This document shows, piece by piece, positions 40,563 through 43,869 of a stretch of DNA of 43,869 nt. A program made the position numbers and the translations under genes. Origin of the DNA: Deltaproteobacteria bacterium (lineage in GTDB: Bacteria; Myxococcota_A; Bradymonadia; REDH01); contig JABMMX010000165.1 in assembly GCA_013205435.1 (NCBI GenBank), positions 1 through 43,869 of the forward strand, in the 5' to 3' direction. Position 1 is the stretch's first letter. Each line of letters opens with the position of its first letter. The notes under the pieces are model-generated. The model searched no databases, had not been told where the DNA came from, and was given only the letters and a program-made list of their open reading frames with translations.

Positions 40563-43280
40563 TCAGCGGGCGGGACGAACAGGCACCAGCGAGATGGTCG
40601 CCGCCTCGATCGGAGCCACCGACATGTTCAGGTCGCGGGGGGTGTTGCTCAGCCAGAGCGGCAGGTGGTCTTCGTAGTTCGGAGAGGTCCGGTGCTGGCT
40701 CTGCCCGCCGGGCAGCTGATACTGGCAGCTCACCGTGGACGAGACAGGGTCGGCCTCACACTGCATCCGCATCGAAGCGCCCGCCGTGTGCGAGTAGTCT
40801 CCGCCACGCGGCGACTCCGGGTTGGCCACATCCACCGTCGCAAAGCCTCCGTCGTTGGCATAGGGGCCGTTGTCATAGGTCGTGATGCCGAACGAGCTGA
40901 AGAGGTCCGCCGGGAGCTTCAGCACATGCTTGCGGCCCCAGAGCCAACTGTCGGCCTCTGCCGAATCAAAGGCCGCCGTCAGCTTGACCGACGCAGCCGT
41001 CAGCGCCCGGAGCAGCGTCTCGCCCTGCGTCTCCGTCACAGCTGACGTCGACACATCGTCCCAGTAGTTGTGCGCCGCATCGAAGGTGCCGGGCTGCGAC
41101 ACGAGCCGGAGGAGCGTCATGACCGGAGCCTTCACCGGCCAGGCCGTGCCCGTCCCCGCCGCATAGCTGTTGGCATTCGCCTCATCATCAAAGGTCAGCT
41201 CGGTCGCCGTCTGCAGGTACTGGTGGAAGATCATGCAGGCCACCGCCGCCTCGCGGGCCGCAGCATCGTCCGAGGCCGCACCGGCCGCGTCCGAGGTCGC
41301 AAGGCCGGTCGGGCAGGTGCGGTCCCAAGCTGTCAGACGCGCAACCAGTGCGGTCTGGTTCGCGTCGAGCGTCGCAGCAGCGGCCGCCTCAAAGAGCGAC
41401 GGCAACAGCATGTCGGCCGCCAGCAGGTAGGTGTCTGCGGCGATCGCATTCATCGTCGCCTTCGTGTGGGTGGCTCCACCGGCCTCCAACAGCGCCTTGA
41501 TGCGACTGGCGCGGAAGCCAAAATCGCTCGAGCTCTGCAGCGGCGAGTAGCCGTCGTTGGTCGCATCGCCGTCGGCCAGCGCGCCCGTCATGTCGTTGTT
41601 CGCCGTCACCACATAACCCGCGACCGGGTTGAGCGCCTGCGGAAGGTCGTCATAGGCATAGAACCCCTGCCACTCGGCCGAACCATCTCCGGGGAGCGCA
41701 GCCCACGGCGAGAGCGAACGGCTCGCCCACGGGCGCAGCGGAACCCGGCTCAGCGGGAACCAGCCAATGTTGTTCTCCGCATCGATGACCACCCAGTTCT
41801 GCCCCACGCTTGTCGCCTGCGAAATCGCCACCTTCGCCTCGGCGATGTTGTTCGAAAAGTTCAGGTCGGTGAGGAAGTTGATGTCGGTCGTCATGTCGTT
41901 GCCAGTCCAGCGCAGCGACACCGCCTTGCCGCTCGCCGCATCGAGCGACAACACAGGCCCGTGATGGGGCACTATCTTGAGAGGCACCACCTGCGGCTCC
42001 AGCACGCCCGTCGCCGAGTTGGCCACCTCGAACGTATGGTCCACCGTGATGAAGGGCACCGTCTCGCCGTTGAAGACAACGCCGTCGCCGTCGGCCGACA
42101 GCGTCTCGAGGTAGGCGTCAGCCATGTCGTAGTAGGTGGTCGTGGCGCCCCAGGCGACCCGCTCATTCTGTCCGATCAGGAAGAGCGGAAGGCCCGCAAA
42201 GCTCATGCCGCCCGCATGCCAGTTGCCCGTGCCGCGCGACTTCGAATCCACCGTCGCGATGTACCAGATTGCGGGATTCGACAGCGTCAGGTGGGGGTCG
42301 TTCGCCAGCAGCGCGTTGCCGCTCGCCGACCGGCTCCCCGCCACCACCCAGTTGTTCGAACCCTTGATGGAGTTCCGCAGCGTCGCAGGCACATAGTCGG
42401 CCTGGCCGAGCGCACTCGCCATCACACTCCGCCACGGTCCGTAGTCGGGTGCCTTGCCCGTGCGCGGGAGCACAAGCGAGCCGCGGCCCGCCGGCGCATA
42501 GTCTGGCGCGATGACGGTCGGATCGAGGCTCCACGGACCCACCAATTCGTAAGCCAAGTCTTCGCCAAAGCCGGCGATGTAGTCCGAGATCGCCAGGTCG
42601 TCTCGGCCCGAGTTCGTCAGGCTGTCTGCCAGCGCGATGACCGACGAGACCGTGTCCTTCGGCTCCCAGTCGGGGATGTTCTCCTCACGCACGAGCGCGA
42701 AGCTGTACTCCTCCGAGAGCACCGCCCCATTCCGCCCCGCACGCATGTCGGCCAGCCAGGCATTCACGCCCGTCGCATAGGCCTCCAAAATCGCCAGTGA
42801 CTTGGGCGACGCGTTCGCGAGGATTGCCTCCTCGAGGTAGCGACCGTCGCGGGTCATGAAGGTAACCCGGTTCCGCTTGTCGACCTCGATGGCCGCCGCG
42901 CCCACCAGCTGCGAAATCCGACCCGTCGTCGAACGACGCCGCAGATCCATCTGCTCAAAACGGTCGCGGGCATGGAAGTAGCCTAGGCCGGCCGCGCAGT
43001 CCTCGTCGGTCGCACAGAGCAGGTGCAACACGCCGAGCGCGTCGAAGCTGGCAGTGAGCTCGCCGGAGAGCCCCGGGATCGAGACGCCTTCGAGGGCGCC
43101 GCTGCCGTCGGTGTCGCCGCTGCCCGTGTCGCTACCGCCCGTATCTCCGCTCCCCGACCCGGCCGTGTCGCCGCTGCCGCCCGTGTCCTCGGTCGAGGTC
43201 GACTCCTTCTTGTCGTCCGAACAGGCCACCGCCAACAGCGCAAGCGCCGAAACCAGACTCCACTTCGTCATGCTCTTCAT
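40563..43280 (-). CDS. Penicillin-acylase-family (Ntn-hydrolase; penicillin/AHL acylase-like) lipoprotein
   Basis: The lipobox is 'LLAVAC', followed by an acidic 'GDTGGSDTGSGDTDG' linker. 'GYFHARDRFEQMD' matches the alpha-subunit pattern. 'GSNNWVVAGSRSASGNALLANDPHL' contains the family's beta-subunit N-terminal Ser nucleophile motif (SNxW). Confidence 0.88.
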   Translation of the reverse strand: MKSMTKWSLVSALALLAVACSDDKKESTSTEDTGGSGDTAGSGSGDTGGSDTGSGDTDGSGALEGVSIPGLSGELTASFDALGVLHLLCATDEDCAAGLGYFHARDRFEQMDLRRRSTTGRISQLVGAAAIEVDKRNRVTFMTRDGRYLEEAILANASPKSLAILEAYATGVNAWLADMRAGRNGAVLSEEYSFALVREENIPDWEPKDTVSSVIALADSLTNSGRDDLAISDYIAGFGEDLAYELVGPWSLDPTVIAPDYAPAGRGSLVLPRTGKAPDYGPWRSVMASALGQADYVPATLRNSIKGSNNWVVAGSRSASGNALLANDPHLTLSNPAIWYIATVDSKSRGTGNWHAGGMSFAGLPLFLIGQNERVAWGATTTYYDMADAYLETLSADGDGVVFNGETVPFITVDHTFEVANSATGVLEPQVVPLKIVPHHGPVLSLDAASGKAVSLRWTGNDMTTDINFLTDLNFSNNIAEAKVAISQATSVGQNWVVIDAENNIGWFPLSRVPLRPWASRSLSPWAALPGDGSAEWQGFYAYDDLPQALNPVAGYVVTANNDMTGALADGDATNDGYSPLQSSSDFGFRASRIKALLEAGGATHTKATMNAIAADTYLLAADMLLPSLFEAAAAATLDANQTALVARLTAWDRTCPTGLATSDAAGAASDDAAAREAAVACMIFHQYLQTATELTFDDEANANSYAAGTGTAWPVKAPVMTLLRLVSQPGTFDAAHNYWDDVSTSAVTETQGETLLRALTAASVKLTAAFDSAEADSWLWGRKHVLKLPADLFSSFGITTYDNGPYANDGGFATVDVANPESPRGGDYSHTAGASMRMQCEADPVSSTVSCQYQLPGGQSQHRTSPNYEDHLPLWLSNTPRDLNMSVAPIEAATISLVPVRPAR

Positions 43281-43317
43281 CGCAAACTCCCGGTCGCAGG
43301 TCTTCTTCCAATCGCCC

Positions 43318-43869
43318 TTATCGCACCTGTTTCGCTACCGATGCAAACAGGGCGCGCAACCAGCGATGGGCCGCGCCCTGATGGGTCCGCTCGTGCCAGA
43401 CCAGCGCTGTCCAAAAATCCGGCAGCTCGATCGGCGGCGCAACCACCTTCAGCCCGTAGATGCCGGCATACTTGAGGGCGATCCGCTCCACCGTCGTCAG
43501 CACCATGTCCGACTTGGCCACCAACGCCGGCGCCACCAAGAAGTGGGGCACACTCATCGCGATCCGCCGCTCCAGCCCGTGCTGCGTCAGCACCTCATCC
43601 ACCGCGCCCGTCCAGCCGCCCGACGGCGTCACCACCAGATGGCGCATCCGCAGAAAGGCATCGAGCTCCAGCCGCTCGCCCCGCACCTCGGGATGGTTCG
43701 CCCGCACCACGCAGCAGAACCGCTCCGGCAGCAGCAGCGTCCGGTAGAGCCGGTCGGGCAGCTGGTCGATTCGACCCATCGCCAGCGCCACATCCACCTC
43801 GCCCTTGTCGAGCGGGTAGAGACAGAGGTCCTCTCCCAGCGACCGCACCGAAATCTCCACGTTGGGCGC
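43318..43869 (-). CDS. LysR-family transcriptional regulator, substrate-binding domain only (5' partial; the HTH lies beyond the window end)
   Basis: The frame is open to the window edge. The LysR effector-domain pattern is 'GEVDVALAMG', 'FCCVVRANHP', 'HLVVTPSGGWTG', 'IAMSVPHFLVAPALVAKSDMVLTTVERIA' and 'LVWHERTHQGAAHRWLR'. Confidence 0.8.
   Translation of the reverse strand, partial: APNVEISVRSLGEDLCLYPLDKGEVDVALAMGRIDQLPDRLYRTLLLPERFCCVVRANHPEVRGERLELDAFLRMRHLVVTPSGGWTGAVDEVLTQHGLERRIAMSVPHFLVAPALVAKSDMVLTTVERIALKYAGIYGLKVVAPPIELPDFWTALVWHERTHQGAAHRWLRALFASVAKQVR

Overview
This is a gene-dense, visibly high-G+C chromosomal segment (G+C not computed). I call 35 protein-coding genes. I recognised no rRNA, tRNA, CRISPR array, IS/transposase, integrase or phage structural gene. 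Most long ORFs in the six-frame track are Arg/Gly/Pro/His-rich antisense or out-of-frame shadows of the real genes, which is typical of high-G+C DNA.

Three proteins end in a MYXO-CTERM-like tail (Cys, Gly-rich stretch, hydrophobic helix, Arg cluster) and carry 'CGDGxxxxxExCDxG' cysteine-rich repeats. The source is therefore most likely a member of Myxococcota; this is an inference.

Content, left to right:
- a cysteine-rich surface protein (5' partial), a membrane metallophosphoesterase, and a UvrD-family helicase flanked by small Cys-rich lipoproteins;
- a long minus-strand run: EamA transporter, thiO, thiS, a helical-repeat protein, deoB, an ATP-grasp-like protein, deoA, and a Bor-like lipoprotein;
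- an MrfA/YprA-type helicase, a possible ferritin-like protein, a PAS-GGDEF-EAL protein, and a directly abutting unknown protein;
- a lipoprotein GH13 amylase, an unknown protein, a CBM9/DUF5916-type envelope protein, a beta-helix protein, a sulfotransferase, a CAP/SCP lipoprotein, and hemF;
- a thiolase plus a 974-aa SDR-(SCP2)x3-hydratase-2 fusion, an EfpL-type EF-P paralogue, msrA, and a TolC-like protein;
- a small ORF overlapping a cNMP-binding Ser/Thr kinase, two paralogous CXXCH/TSP3/Cys-repeat MYXO-CTERM proteins, a penicillin-acylase-family lipoprotein, and a partial LysR regulator.

The most unusual items are:
1. the peroxisome-like MFE-2/SCPx-style beta-oxidation pair, with a near-identical tandem triplication of the SCP2 domain;
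2. the paired CXXCH-bearing surface-anchored proteins;
3. an ATP-grasp-like gene translationally coupled inside a deoB-deoA nucleoside-salvage cluster;
4. a c-di-GMP enzyme with an altered EAL metal site, abutting a protein whose C-terminal module recurs at the head of the deo cluster.

All family calls come from motif recognition by eye. No database search was run.
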